Shown: positions 1 to 10,609, counted from the stretch's first letter. The stretch: 64,000 nt of DNA from Oscillospiraceae bacterium (GCA_050944055.1 JBMNQI010000001.1:14328-78327); one strand, 5' to 3'. Made by a program: numbers and translations. The notes: generated by a model not told the origin, from the letters alone.

Positions 1-2179
1 CTTCACAATGGACGAGGGCTGCTCCAGAGCCGTGCGCGAAGCATTTGTAAGGCTTTATGAAAAAGGGCTTATATATAAGGGAAGCAGGATAATAAACTGG
101 TGCCCCCACTGCACGACAGCATTGAGCGACACAGAGGTTGAATATAAGGACAAGCCTGGCAAGCTCTGGCATATACGTTATCCCGTGAAGGGCTCCGACG
201 AATATGTTGTAGTGGCGACAACCCGTCCGGAGACAATGCTGGGCGACACGGGAGTGGCCGTGCACCCGGAGGACGAGAGGTATACGCATCTTGTCGGCAA
301 GACCTGCATTCTGCCGCTCGTGGGCCGCGAGATGCCCATTGTCGCCGACGAATACGTCGACCGCGAATTCGGCACAGGCTGCGTCAAGATGACGCCGGCT
401 CACGACCCGAACGACTTTGAGGTCGGACTGCGCCACAATCTTGAAAGCATTCGCGTGCTTGACGACGAGGGGAAGGTCAACGAAAACGGCGGAAAATACG
501 AGGGGATGGACCGCTACGCCGCCAGAAAAGCGGTGCTTAAAGACCTGGAGGAGCAGAACTATCTCGTAAAAACAGAGGAGCATCAGCACAGCGTAGGCAC
601 GTGCTACCGCTGCAGCACGGACGTCGAGCCGATAATCTCCGCCCAGTGGTTTGTTAAGATGAAGCCGCTGGCAAAAGAGGCCATACGCGTCGTGGAGGAC
701 GGCGAAGTTAAATTCGTCCCCGACCGGTTTACAAAAATATACACCAACTGGATGGAGAACGTGCACGACTGGTGCATCTCCCGCCAGCTATGGTGGGGGC
801 ATCAGATACCCGCGTGGTACTGCGCCGACTGCGGGCATATTACGGTGTCGCGCGAGGATCCGTCACGGTGCGAAAAATGCGGCTCTGAAAACATCACGCG
901 CGATGAGGACGTGCTCGACACATGGTTTTCCTCCGCGCTCTGGCCGTTCTCGACGCTCGGCTGGCCGGATAATACTCCGGACCTTCAGTATTTCTATCCC
1001 ACCGACGTACTTGTTACGGCATACGACATAATCTTCTTCTGGGTCGCGCGCATGATATTTTCAGGCTGCGAGCATATGAAAAAATACCCGTTCCACACCG
1101 TGTTTATACACGGTCTCGTGCGTGACGAAAAGGGCCGCAAGATGTCCAAGTCCCTCGGAAACGGCATAGACCCGCTCGAGATGGCTGAAAAATACGGGGC
1201 GGACGCGCTGCGCCTGAACATGGTGACGGGGAACAGCCCCGGAAACGACATGCGTTTCTTTGTCGAGCGCTGCGAGGCTATGCGCAATTTCGCGAACAAG
1301 ATATGGAACGCTTCCCGCTTCGTTTTGATGAATCTTACGATAGACAAAAACGAGCTGCCCGAAATGGATGCTCTTGAAGCGGAGGACAAGTGGATACTCG
1401 GAAAGCTGAACGCTCTTATAGCTGAAGTGACCGAAAATATGGAAAAATTCGAGCTCGGCATAGCCGTCCAGAAGATATATGACTTCATCTGGAGCAGCTA
1501 CTGCGACTGGTACATTGAGCTTACAAAGCCGCGTATGACGGGAGGCGACCCGGCGCGAAAGAAGATTGCCGAGCAGGTGCTTGTCTATGTGCTTTCAGAC
1601 ACGTTAAAGCTGCTGCACCCGTTTATGCCTTTCATAACCGAGGAAATCTGGCAGTCGCTGCCCCACGAGGGCGAGAGCATAATGATTTCCCCGTGGCCCA
1701 AAGCAAAACCCGAGCTCAGCTTTGAAGACGAGGCCGCGTCGATGGAACGTGTCATGGAGATAATAGGGGCCATACGCGCGCGCCGCAGCGAGATGGGAGT
1801 GCCGCCCTCCAGAAAGAGCAAGCTGACGATTGTGACGGATATGCCGCAAGCCGTTGAGGCGGGAAGAGATTATATACTGAAGCTGGCATACGCCTCCGAG
1901 CTGACTGTTACGGACAAAGCGCCCGAAAACACGGAAGACATGGCGGTCGTAACCACGCCTATTGCGCGCTGCTTCATGCCGATGAGCGATCTTGTGGATA
2001 TGGAAAAAGAGCGCGAGCGCAAGGAAAGAGAGCTTCAAAAGGCCGAGGCGGAGCTTGCGCGCGTTCTCGAAAAGCTGGGCAACGAGAGATTTGTGTCGCG
2101 CGCGCCGGAAAACGTGGTCCAGGCCGAGCGCGAAAAGGAGATTAAGCTGCGCGCGCTTATCGAGAAGCTGAAGGCGTAA
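1..2179 (+). CDS. valS: valyl-tRNA synthetase (N-terminus cut off by window start)
   Basis: Class I aaRS KMSKS motif ([14 protein letters not shown]), valS-type editing and anticodon-binding regions, C-terminal coiled coil ([19 protein letters not shown]). The frame is open to base 1. Confidence 0.95.
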   Translation, partial: FTMDEGCSRAVREAFVRLYEKGLIYKGSRIINWCPHCTTALSDTEVEYKDKPGKLWHIRYPVKGSDEYVVVATTRPETMLGDTGVAVHPEDERYTHLVGKTCILPLVGREMPIVADEYVDREFGTGCVKMTPAHDPNDFEVGLRHNLESIRVLDDEGKVNENGGKYEGMDRYAARKAVLKDLEEQNYLVKTEEHQHSVGTCYRCSTDVEPIISAQWFVKMKPLAKEAIRVVEDGEVKFVPDRFTKIYTNWMENVHDWCISRQLWWGHQIPAWYCADCGHITVSREDPSRCEKCGSENITRDEDVLDTWFSSALWPFSTLGWPDNTPDLQYFYPTDVLVTAYDIIFFWVARMIFSGCEHMKKYPFHTVFIHGLVRDEKGRKMSKSLGNGIDPLEMAEKYGADALRLNMVTGNSPGNDMRFFVERCEAMRNFANKIWNASRFVLMNLTIDKNELPEMDALEAEDKWILGKLNALIAEVTENMEKFELGIAVQKIYDFIWSSYCDWYIELTKPRMTGGDPARKKIAEQVLVYVLSDTLKLLHPFMPFITEEIWQSLPHEGESIMISPWPKAKPELSFEDEAASMERVMEIIGAIRARRSEMGVPPSRKSKLTIVTDMPQAVEAGRDYILKLAYASELTVTDKAPENTEDMAVVTTPIARCFMPMSDLVDMEKERERKERELQKAEAELARVLEKLGNERFVSRAPENVVQAEREKEIKLRALIEKLKA

Positions 2180-2271
2180 TCTGCCGTGCGCCGGGCAGTG
2201 GAGACCGCCGCGGCGTCAGGCTGGAAATTACGGTTTTTACCGGGCTTCCGGGAGGGACTACAGGTAACGAC

Positions 2272-3474
2272 ATGACATATTCTGAAGCTTTATCGTATTT
2301 GCACGGCGCGGGGCGGTTTTCGTCCCGCGCCACGCTGGAGCGCATAAAAAGTCTAATGTCCCGCCTCGGCGACCCGCAGAAGAACCTCCGCTTTATACAT
2401 GTGGCGGGCACCAACGGCAAGGGAAGCACCTGCGCGATGCTCGACAGTATACTCAGGGCCGCGGGATATCGCACGGGACTTTTTACCTCGCCCTATCTCA
2501 CCGACTTCTGCGAACGCATAAGGCTTAACGGAAATGATATTTCCCGTGGGGAGCTTGTTAAATGCGTGCAGGCGGTAAGAGACGCCGCGCAGGGCGACGA
2601 GAACGAGTTTGAGCTTGTAACAGCCGCGGCGCTCGTATACTATTCGCGCAGTATCTGCGACATCGTAGTCTGGGAGACAGGCCTCGGCGGCCGCCTGGAC
2701 GCGACGAACGTCATCGACCCGCCGGACTGCGCCGTCATTACGTCCATATCGTTTGACCACATGGCGCAGCTGGGCGATACGATAGCTCAGATAGCCTCCG
2801 AGAAATGCGGCATAATCAAGCCCGGGACAGGCGGGGTCGTCGCGTCCGAGCAGGAGAACGAGGCTATGGAGGTCATAGAGCGCGCGTGCGCGAATGCGGG
2901 AGTAAACCTATTAAAAACAAAGCCGGATCCCGATCTGCGCCTGCCTCTTAAGGGCGCGCACCAGCGCCAAAACGCCGCTGCCGCAGCGGGTGCTGTCGAG
3001 GTCCTGCGCTCGCGCGGCTTTGTTGTAAGCGAAGAAGATCTGCGCCGCGGCCTCGAGACTGTCAGCTGGCCGGGCAGGCTCGAGCTTGTGTCCGAAGCTC
3101 CGCCCGTTATCTTGGACGCCGCTCACAACAGAAGCGGCTTCGACGCGCTTATCGAAAGTATGGGGGAGCTGTTTCCCGGAAAGAGCGTAACCGCAGTTTG
3201 CGGCATGCTGGCTGATAAGGAATATGAGTACTGCATAAAGGCGCTGGCTAAAATCTGCCGCCGCTTTGTGGCGGTGGCGCCGCCCTCACCACGCGCTCTG
3301 GAACCGGGGAAGGCCGCCGGCATCGCCTCGGCTTATTGCGAAGCGGCGGCGGGCGGCGAGCTTAAGACTGCGATTGAGACGGAGGTCCGGAACCTGCCGC
3401 CCGACTCAGTTTTGCTGATTTGCGGCAGTATTTATCTAATAGGCGATGCGCGCCGCTATTTCCCGACGCAATAG
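2272..3474 (+). CDS. folC: folylpolyglutamate synthase / dihydrofolate synthase
   Basis: Mur-ligase-type P-loop HVAGTNGKGST. Length is 400 aa. The valS-folC neighbourhood is conserved in Firmicutes. Confidence 0.9.
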   Translation: MTYSEALSYLHGAGRFSSRATLERIKSLMSRLGDPQKNLRFIHVAGTNGKGSTCAMLDSILRAAGYRTGLFTSPYLTDFCERIRLNGNDISRGELVKCVQAVRDAAQGDENEFELVTAAALVYYSRSICDIVVWETGLGGRLDATNVIDPPDCAVITSISFDHMAQLGDTIAQIASEKCGIIKPGTGGVVASEQENEAMEVIERACANAGVNLLKTKPDPDLRLPLKGAHQRQNAAAAAGAVEVLRSRGFVVSEEDLRRGLETVSWPGRLELVSEAPPVILDAAHNRSGFDALIESMGELFPGKSVTAVCGMLADKEYEYCIKALAKICRRFVAVAPPSPRALEPGKAAGIASAYCEAAAGGELKTAIETEVRNLPPDSVLLICGSIYLIGDARRYFPTQ

Positions 3475-3494
3475 GACAGGCCATAGAGTGTAAA

Positions 3495-3530
3495 ATCACC
3501 GTATACATAAACACGGTGATTTTTATTTTT
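3495..3530 (+). terminator. intrinsic terminator after folC
   Basis: Stem ATCACCGT (3495-3502) pairs with ACGGTGAT (3513-3520), followed by TTTTATTTTT. Confidence 0.7.
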
Positions 3531-3548
3531 CCGGGAGGGCTGGTTATA

Positions 3549-3863
3549 ATGCGCGTGGATTTTAACCTGAGGGAAGGCGTAATAAGCCTGCACGGCGAGC
3601 TCGACCACCATGCGGCAAAGGCGGCGATGGACGACATAGACAGTATATACGACCGCTATCTGCCTCTGAGAGCCGCGATGGACATGGGCGGCGTAAGCTT
3701 TATGGACAGCTCCGGAATCGCTCTTATCCTGCGTGCGAAAAGGCGGTCTTTGGAGATTGGCGGCAGCCTGCGCGTAATTAACGTGCCGGAGCAGGCATTG
3801 CGCGTAATAAACGCGGCGGGGCTTAACCGCTTTGTGGACATAGAAAGGGCGAAAGCGCGCTGA
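3549..3863 (+). CDS. spoIIAA: anti-sigma F factor antagonist (STAS domain)
   Basis: STAS fold with the phosphorylatable serine motif MDSSGIALIL. ATG at 3549 follows a GGGAGGG RBS, so the ORF-track start at 3420 is an upstream extension running through the folC terminator. Confidence 0.9.
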   Translation: MRVDFNLREGVISLHGELDHHAAKAAMDDIDSIYDRYLPLRAAMDMGGVSFMDSSGIALILRAKRRSLEIGGSLRVINVPEQALRVINAAGLNRFVDIERAKAR

Positions 3864-3975
3864 GCCGTATCTGAGGCGCAACCTGCAGCCTGCGCGGGCG
3901 TTTTCGCCCTGCATGGCCCGACATCTGAACCGTAATAGGTCAAGCTTTGGCTACGAGAAAGGAGAGGCTACATAT

Positions 3976-4410
3976 ATGAAGAATGAGAACTACATTAAAC
4001 TGGAGTTTCCCAGCCGTTCGGCGAACGAGGGATTCGCACGAGCGGCGACCGCGGCTTTCGCGGCGCAGCTGGATCCGACGCTGGAGGTACTCGGCGACCT
4101 GCGCACTGCTGTGAGCGAGGCCGTTACGAACTGCATTATCCACGCCTATCCGGACACCATCGGGAAGATTCTGCTGCGACTGCGTATACTGCCGGGGGGC
4201 GTTCTGGAAATCATGGTGCGCGATTGGGGCGTGGGCATTGCGGACATAGAACGCGCCCGCGAACCGATGTTCACTACCGGTGGGCCGGAGCGCAGCGGCA
4301 TGGGCTTTACAATAATGGAGAGTTTTATGGACAAAGTGCGCGTAAGGTCTAAGGAGGGCGCCGGCACCACTGTCACGATGCGCCGCACAGTGACACGGCG
4401 CAAGGAATGA
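3976..4410 (+). CDS. spoIIAB: anti-sigma F factor, serine protein kinase
   Basis: HATPase_c boxes EAVTNCIIHAY, DWGVGI and GMGFTIM. ATG at 3976 is preceded by AAAGGAGAGG. The stop overlaps the sigF start. Confidence 0.9.
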   Translation: MKNENYIKLEFPSRSANEGFARAATAAFAAQLDPTLEVLGDLRTAVSEAVTNCIIHAYPDTIGKILLRLRILPGGVLEIMVRDWGVGIADIERAREPMFTTGGPERSGMGFTIMESFMDKVRVRSKEGAGTTVTMRRTVTRRKE

Positions 4411-5123
4411 CGGGGACGCCGGCCACAAATACGGCGGAGCTGCTCAGGCAGGCGCAAAGCGGCGACAAAGAGGCCGCGGAACGCCTTATAATCGAGAATA
4501 CCGGGCTTATCTGGAGCGTTGCGCGCCGTTTTTTCGGGCGGGGCATCGAGCCGGACGACCTGTTCCAGCTCGGCAGCCTTGGGTTTCTCAAGGCCGTACA
4601 GGGCTTTGAGCCGTCATTCGGCACGCAGTTTTCAACCTATGCCGTGCCGAAAATAGCGGGCGAAATACGCCGCTTTCTGAGAGACGACGGCAGCGTCAAG
4701 GTCAGCCGCAGCCTCAAAGAGCAGGCTCAGGCAATAAGGAACGCCCGCTCAAGGCTCATGCAGAAGCTGGGCACCGAGCCGACGCTTTCGGAAATCGCGG
4801 AAGAGACCGGCCTCAGCCCTGAGGAGATTGCCGTTGCGGAGACGGCGGCGGCGCCTACGCAGTCTTTGCAGTACGAGTCGGGCGAAGACGGGTTCACGCT
4901 GGAGTCGGTGCTTTCCGAGGGGAGTATAGAGGATAAAATCGTAGAGCGGGTCGCGCTCAGAGAGGCCATGGCGCGCCTGAGCGAACGCGAACGCCTTACA
5001 ATCGACCTGCGCTATTTCCGCGGGCTGACGCAGGAACAGTGCGCGCGCATCATCGGAGTGTCCCAGGTGCAGATATCCCGTCTGGAGAAACGCACTCTTG
5101 AAAAGCTGCGTGAAATAATATGA
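4407..5123 (+). CDS. sigF: sporulation sigma factor SigF
   Basis: Sigma-70 regions 2-4 (FSTYAVPKIAGEIRRFLRDD; GVSQVQISRLEKR). It is the third gene of a spoIIA-type operon. Confidence 0.9.
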   Translation: MTGTPATNTAELLRQAQSGDKEAAERLIIENTGLIWSVARRFFGRGIEPDDLFQLGSLGFLKAVQGFEPSFGTQFSTYAVPKIAGEIRRFLRDDGSVKVSRSLKEQAQAIRNARSRLMQKLGTEPTLSEIAEETGLSPEEIAVAETAAAPTQSLQYESGEDGFTLESVLSEGSIEDKIVERVALREAMARLSERERLTIDLRYFRGLTQEQCARIIGVSQVQISRLEKRTLEKLREII

Positions 5124-5234
5124 CGTATAGAAAAATTTGGGGACGCCTGCCGGGCGTTCTTATTAATTTATACGGAACATTTTAGGGCTTTGTACGTTCT
5201 AAATCTTACTAAGCGCCGAAAGGAGCCGTATAAT

Positions 5235-7256
5235 ATGAAAAAACCTGTCGTTATATTAATCATTCTCTGCGCGGTTGCAGTCCTGGCCTGGGCCGCGCTG
5301 ACCGCCATGAATTATATTAAGCCCGGCGAGGCGGACGAAGGCAAACCCAAATCGCAGGAAGTCAGCGTGGGCGACAAGGTTTATGACATTGAAAAGCTCG
5401 CTGGCACGGAAAAAGAAGCTTCCGATAAAGAACTGCCCAAAGTTGGCACAATGGAAAACCTGATGCGGATTTTCTCCGACATGGGCCTTTTCTATTCACC
5501 CAATGACGGCTACAAGTATAGCGGAATAACGGCCTTCGACAGAGCCGGCGAAGATGGAACCATGGCGGAAGCCCCGGCTCAGGCCGCCGAAGCGGAGGGG
5601 GCGTCCGATACGGGCAGCCATTCCTCAACCAACATCCAGGTGGAGAATGTCGACGAGGCCGACATCATCAAAACTGACGGCGAGCATATCTACTACGCGT
5701 GTAACGGCCAGATAGCGATACTCAGGGCGGACGGCAAAAACATATCCACGATGTCGGTCATCAGCGGCGAGCACTATGTCAACGATATATATATTGTCGG
5801 AGATAAGCTGATAGCCGTTACTACGCGCTACGAGAACGCGGAAAACGGGGACGGGATAGAGCCGTATTGCCGCATATGGCTGGGCAAGACCTATACCTGC
5901 TATATCGTATACGACATTGCGGATAAATCCAATCCCGCCGAATTCCGCCGGGTTGAGGTCGAAGGCAACCCTCTTCAGACACGGCTTATTGAAAACACGC
6001 TCTATTTTGTAAACAACAAGTTTATATTCTCCATAGCTTATGGAGAGAAGTATGACGAGAGCTATATTCTGCCGTGCTACCGCGACACGGCAAAGGGCGA
6101 GGAGGGCGTTTCCGTTCAGCCGGAGGAGATTTACTACTGCCCCGGAGAGCTCCAGAACACATACCTGATGGTCGGCGCGTTCGACGTCAATGCCATGGAG
6201 CCGTGCGAGCCGGAGGTCATACTCGGTTCCGGCAGCACGATATATATGAACCTTTCAAACCTCTACGTAGTGCGCCAGGACTGGAACTACGAAAACGGTA
6301 CAGGCGAATTCAAGGGCGTAACGACTGAAATCTACCGCTTTTCCGTGGACGGCGCTTCCTTGAAGTTCAGCGGAAGCGCCGAGGTGCCGGGATACGTTAT
6401 TAACCAGTATTCCATGGACGAGTATAACGGCTATTTCCGCATCGCCACAACGACGCAGGATAAAAACTGGAACGAGGAGAACAACGTCTATATACTCAAC
6501 AGCGGACTTGAAATAACGGGCAGCGTCACCGGGCTTGCCGAAGGCGAGACTATCCAGTCCGTCCGTTTTTCCGGCGACACAGGCTATGTTGTGACATACG
6601 AGCAGATGGACCCGCTTTTCGTGCTCGACCTCTCTAACCCCGCTTCGCCGAAGGTGCTGGGCGAATTAAAGATTCCGGGCTTCTCCTCATACCTTCACTA
6701 TCTGGGTGAGGGCATGCTGCTCGGTATAGGGCGGCATACTACGGAGCTTTACAGCAGGGATGACAACGGGGTGGAGACCGTCGAGGGCATGACCGACAAG
6801 GGGCTCAAGATAAGCATTTTCGACGTAACCGACCCGAGAAATCCGGTCGAAGTCGCTCATAAGGTTTTAGGCAGCAGCTGGAGCACCTGGTCCGAGGCCC
6901 AATACAACCCGCGCAGCCTGATGGTCGACATCGACAGGCAAATCGTCGGCATACCGGTAAGCAGCTACGGAGCGGACTATATAAAAACAATCAGCAGTGA
7001 TTGGAACGGATATGTCCTGGCCGGCGTCGGGGGCGGAGATATAGATATCCTCGCAAATCTAGGGGACGAAGGCTATTACTACGGCAACCAGCGCCTTGTA
7101 TATATAGGCGATACGCTGTATCTTGCGTCAAACAACACTCTGACCGCATACAGCTACAGAGATTTTACTAAACTCGGCGGCATCACCATTGGCTTTGAAG
7201 AGCCCCAGTACCCGGGCGGGCCGATTATCTTCTATGACACGGCTGCAGCCGAATAG
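5235..7256 (+). CDS. membrane-anchored secreted protein with C-terminal beta-propeller domain (COG4880 / Beta_propel-like), function unknown
   Basis: N-terminal TM/signal anchor MKKPVVILIILCAVAVLAWAAL, with ATG at 5235 after AAAGGAG. Repeated beta-strand-rich blocks and the DPLFVLDLSNPASPKVLGELKIPGFSSYLH motif are typical of this family. Confidence 0.7.
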   Translation: MKKPVVILIILCAVAVLAWAALTAMNYIKPGEADEGKPKSQEVSVGDKVYDIEKLAGTEKEASDKELPKVGTMENLMRIFSDMGLFYSPNDGYKYSGITAFDRAGEDGTMAEAPAQAAEAEGASDTGSHSSTNIQVENVDEADIIKTDGEHIYYACNGQIAILRADGKNISTMSVISGEHYVNDIYIVGDKLIAVTTRYENAENGDGIEPYCRIWLGKTYTCYIVYDIADKSNPAEFRRVEVEGNPLQTRLIENTLYFVNNKFIFSIAYGEKYDESYILPCYRDTAKGEEGVSVQPEEIYYCPGELQNTYLMVGAFDVNAMEPCEPEVILGSGSTIYMNLSNLYVVRQDWNYENGTGEFKGVTTEIYRFSVDGASLKFSGSAEVPGYVINQYSMDEYNGYFRIATTTQDKNWNEENNVYILNSGLEITGSVTGLAEGETIQSVRFSGDTGYVVTYEQMDPLFVLDLSNPASPKVLGELKIPGFSSYLHYLGEGMLLGIGRHTTELYSRDDNGVETVEGMTDKGLKISIFDVTDPRNPVEVAHKVLGSSWSTWSEAQYNPRSLMVDIDRQIVGIPVSSYGADYIKTISSDWNGYVLAGVGGGDIDILANLGDEGYYYGNQRLVYIGDTLYLASNNTLTAYSYRDFTKLGGITIGFEEPQYPGGPIIFYDTAAAE

Positions 7257-7281
7257 CTCGCGTTTACAGAAACGTAAAGCA

Positions 7282-7316
7282 GGCGCTCCGGACTTCAGTT
7301 CCGAAGCGCCTTTTAC
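7282..7316 (+). terminator. intrinsic terminator after the beta-propeller gene
   Basis: GGCGCTCCGG (7282-7291) pairs with CCGAAGCGCC (7301-7310) with one mismatch, followed by TTTT. Confidence 0.6.
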
Positions 7317-7408
7317 AATTATTGGTTTCCCGGTTTTTTATATAGACTTCTTTTTGCGCATATGTTAAACTTATAAAATTACTGCCAATAAATGTATCGG
7401 GAGAGAAT

Positions 7409-8833
7409 ATGAAGCTAAACCGTTCGGCGGGCATATGGGGAAGATTCCGCAGTACCTTCATAGGGGACCGCGCTTTTTACATAAAAGTATTGACACTCAT
7501 AGTGCCGATAATACTTCAGAATCTTATTACTAATTTTGTTAACCTGCTTGACAACGTGATGATAGGGCAGGTGGGCACGGCGCAGATGTCGGGCGTCGCC
7601 ATAGCCAACCAGCTCATTTTCGTGGCCAACCTGACTGTGTTCGGAGGGCTGTCCGGGCCGGGTATATACGGTGCGCAGTTTTTCGGGGCGGGGGATAACG
7701 ACGGGCTCCGCCATACGCTGCGGTTTAAGATATGGACTGCAGTCGTCATAATGGCGGGCGCCATCGCGGTCTTTTCCCTGGGCGGCTCAAGGCTTATATC
7801 CTTATATCTGACGGGTGAAGGCGATAAGTCGGAAGCGGCGGAAATGCTTTCGTACGGCCTCGATTATCTCAGAATAATGGTTTGGGGCCTGATACCGTTT
7901 GCGCTCTCGCAGGCGTACGGCGGCACGCTCCGCGAAACAGGCGAGGCGATGCTGCCTATGAAAGCAAGCATAGCAGCCGTGTTTACTAACCTGGTGCTGA
8001 ACTATATACTGATATTCGGAAAGCTCGGCTTCCCAGAGCTCGGAGTCGTTGGCGCGGCCATTGCCACAGTTATTTCCCGCTACGTGGAGCTGGCGATCAT
8101 GCTGATCTATACGCGCCGGCACATCGGGCGGTTTTCCTTCATCAGGGGATTATTCAGTTCAATGAGGGTCCCTCTGGAGCTTGTTAAGAACATATTAAAA
8201 AAAGGTATGCCCCTGCTCGTCAACGAGCTTCTGTGGTCGCTGGGCGTTACGACAACGACGCAGATATTCTCGACCTGCGGCCTGAACGTCGTCGCCGGGC
8301 TGAATATATCGAGTACAGTTACCAACCTGTTCAACGTAGTATTCATATCGATAGGCTCCGCCACGGCAGTTATGGTGGGTCAGGCCCTTGGCGCGAGCGA
8401 CATAGACCGTGCAAAGTCCTATGTATGGAAGCTCATATTCTTCAACTTCGGCGTCTGTTTAGTCATAGGGGCGGGGCTGGGAGCCGCGTCGCCTTTCATA
8501 CCTGACATCTATAAAACGACGGAAGATGTCCGCAAACTTGCGACACTGTTTATGCTCACAAGCGCTTTATACATGCCAATCAATTCAATAACTCACATAT
8601 GCTACTTCGCGATCCGGTCAGGCGGCAAAACAATCATAACGTTTTTGTTCGACAGCGCGTACACCTGGGCCGTCTGCATACCTCTTGTCTATGCGCTGGC
8701 ACATTTTTCGGGACTTGGCATCGCCGCCATTTACCCTCTGAGCTTTCTTGCCGATACGGTCAAGAGCGTAATCGGAATTATTATTGTCAGGACCGGTTAC
8801 TGGGCGCAGAACGTCGTATCGCCCGCGGCATAA
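7409..8833 (+). CDS. MATE family efflux transporter
   Basis: 474 aa, about 12 predicted TM helices, MATE N-terminal signature (ILQNLITNFVNLLDNVMIGQVG). RBS GGGAGAG lies upstream. Confidence 0.85.
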   Translation: MKLNRSAGIWGRFRSTFIGDRAFYIKVLTLIVPIILQNLITNFVNLLDNVMIGQVGTAQMSGVAIANQLIFVANLTVFGGLSGPGIYGAQFFGAGDNDGLRHTLRFKIWTAVVIMAGAIAVFSLGGSRLISLYLTGEGDKSEAAEMLSYGLDYLRIMVWGLIPFALSQAYGGTLRETGEAMLPMKASIAAVFTNLVLNYILIFGKLGFPELGVVGAAIATVISRYVELAIMLIYTRRHIGRFSFIRGLFSSMRVPLELVKNILKKGMPLLVNELLWSLGVTTTTQIFSTCGLNVVAGLNISSTVTNLFNVVFISIGSATAVMVGQALGASDIDRAKSYVWKLIFFNFGVCLVIGAGLGAASPFIPDIYKTTEDVRKLATLFMLTSALYMPINSITHICYFAIRSGGKTIITFLFDSAYTWAVCIPLVYALAHFSGLGIAAIYPLSFLADTVKSVIGIIIVRTGYWAQNVVSPAA

Positions 8834-8866
8834 AAAGGCAAGGCCGCAGGCGCTGCCTGCTGCCCT

Positions 8867-9130
8867 CTATTCCCAGGTTTTCCAGACGTCGGGGCAGTAG
8901 CCTACCGTGGCCTGTTTCCCGTTGCGCACAATCGGCGTCACATAGCCTCCGTTTTCGTCCATAATCTTGTCCATGCCGCCCACGGCCCTGGCGACCGAGT
9001 TGACTTCTCCGTCGCTCATGTCAAATCGGTCGAGGTCAATGCGCTGGAACTTGATGCGGCGTTCCTTGAACCAGCGCTCGGCCTTGCGCGTGTCGAAGCA
9101 TTTGTTCTTTCCGAAAATCTGTATATTCAT
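8867..9130 (-). CDS. ArsC/Spx-family (glutaredoxin-like) small protein
   Basis: MNIQIFGKNKCFDTRKAERWFKERRIKFQRIDL matches the N-terminus of ArsC/YffB-like proteins. The start was chosen at the internal Met (9130) preceded by a GGAGGGAA RBS on the minus strand. Confidence 0.7.
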   Translation of the reverse strand: MNIQIFGKNKCFDTRKAERWFKERRIKFQRIDLDRFDMSDGEVNSVARAVGGMDKIMDENGGYVTPIVRNGKQATVGYCPDVWKTWE

Positions 9131-9248
9131 TGTTCCCTCCTGAAGCGCCCGGGTTGAAATAGATTCGCAAATATGATAGATTTTCCCCTGTGATAAATGT
9201 ATCATAGGGGCAGCTCTGTTCTGACAGTAAAAGCATAGGGGTTTTTAT

Positions 9249-9887
9249 ATGAGAATGCGAAGGAAGAAAAACCTTGACAAAAGGCTTGAGAGAGTGGCGC
9301 ACATGCTGGTAAGCGAGCAGTCAGTTCCTGCCGGCGGCTGGCGCGCTCTGCTGCCCCAATGCACCGGGATCTATATCGAGCTCGGCTGCGGCAGGGGGCG
9401 GTTCACAGTGGAAACGGCGAAACAGTGTCCGGACGTTTTAATTGTAGCCGTCGAGCGCGAGGAAAACGCGCTCATTACAGCCGTCGAGCTGGCTGAAAGA
9501 GAAGCGTTGCCAAATACAAGGTTCATCTCCGGGGACGCTTCAAGCCTCGGCGGTTATTTCGCCGAGGGAGAGGTTGACCGGATATATATAAACTTCTGCG
9601 ACCCGTGGCCGTCAAGCCGGCATATAAAACGCAGGCTGACCTCGCCATCCTTCCTCGAAATATATTCGAGGATACTTTGCCCCGGCGGGGAGATACACTT
9701 TAAAACAGATAATCTGCCGCTTTTTGAATACTCCCTGCGCCGCTTCGAGGACGCAGGATACAGGCTTTCAGAGGTCACTCGGGACCTCCACGCCGAGGGG
9801 ATTAAGGGCGTGATGACAGATTACGAGCTTAAGTTCCACAGCGAGGGGAAAAAGATCTGCCGCTGCGTGGCGGCAAGACGGGCATAA
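9249..9887 (+). CDS. trmB: tRNA (guanine46-N7)-methyltransferase
   Basis: SAM-MTase motif ELGCGRGRF and the TrmB motif FCDPWP. Length is 212 aa. Confidence 0.9.
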   Translation: MRMRRKKNLDKRLERVAHMLVSEQSVPAGGWRALLPQCTGIYIELGCGRGRFTVETAKQCPDVLIVAVEREENALITAVELAEREALPNTRFISGDASSLGGYFAEGEVDRIYINFCDPWPSSRHIKRRLTSPSFLEIYSRILCPGGEIHFKTDNLPLFEYSLRRFEDAGYRLSEVTRDLHAEGIKGVMTDYELKFHSEGKKICRCVAARRA

Positions 9888-9895
9888 TCTGAGAA

Positions 9896-10474
9896 CTAGG
9901 GCAGGTCGAATTCCCTGTCAATTGCGTAATATACGGCCTGCATATTTTCCTCCGTGTATTCGAGCTCTCCGTTGTCGAACATAAGAGCGGCCCCGTATAT
10001 AAGCGAGCGGATTATATATGTCTTTAACCATCTCGTGAAGTCGGGCATGCCGACTTCGTCGCAGTATTTTTTTATAAGCTCCCTTGCCAGCTTGCTCAGC
10101 TGGCCGCGGAGCTTATTGCTTTCTTCGTCAAATTCCTCGTCCTTGAGCATAAGCACCGACCTGAAGTGAGGGTTCTCGACCAGAAATCGTATATAATCCA
10201 GGCTGATTTCAACAAGCTGCTTCCGCGTAGAATCCGGGTATTTACTGATTATAACCTGCTGCCTTTCCGCCCATAACGAATTGATGTGCCCGATTATGGC
10301 GGCAATAAAGCTGTGCTTGTCTTTAAAATGCTTATACGGCGCCGCGCACGATACGCCGCACTTGTTGGCTATCCTGCGTACGGAGAAGTTGTGATAGCCG
10401 TGTCTGCTCAGCTCCTCAAGGCCCGCCTCGATAAGCCTGCCGCGCACGCTGCCCTGTATAGCGGCTTCAGCCAT
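9896..10474 (-). CDS. TetR/AcrR family transcriptional regulator, divergent from the FAS II operon
   Basis: N-terminal TetR HTH (FSVRRIANKCGVSCAAPYKHFKDKHS). Length is 192 aa. Confidence 0.85.
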   Translation of the reverse strand: MAEAAIQGSVRGRLIEAGLEELSRHGYHNFSVRRIANKCGVSCAAPYKHFKDKHSFIAAIIGHINSLWAERQQVIISKYPDSTRKQLVEISLDYIRFLVENPHFRSVLMLKDEEFDEESNKLRGQLSKLARELIKKYCDEVGMPDFTRWLKTYIIRSLIYGAALMFDNGELEYTEENMQAVYYAIDREFDLP

Positions 10475-10609
10475 GTTTGCTTCCCCCTAACCGCTGAAAT
10501 TTTACGAATATTAATTACATTATACGGATTATACCCCGCCAGTCAACATATGGCGGTTTGATTCACGCAAAAAGTGCAAAATCTCCGATAAAATTCCAAA
10601 TAAGATATA

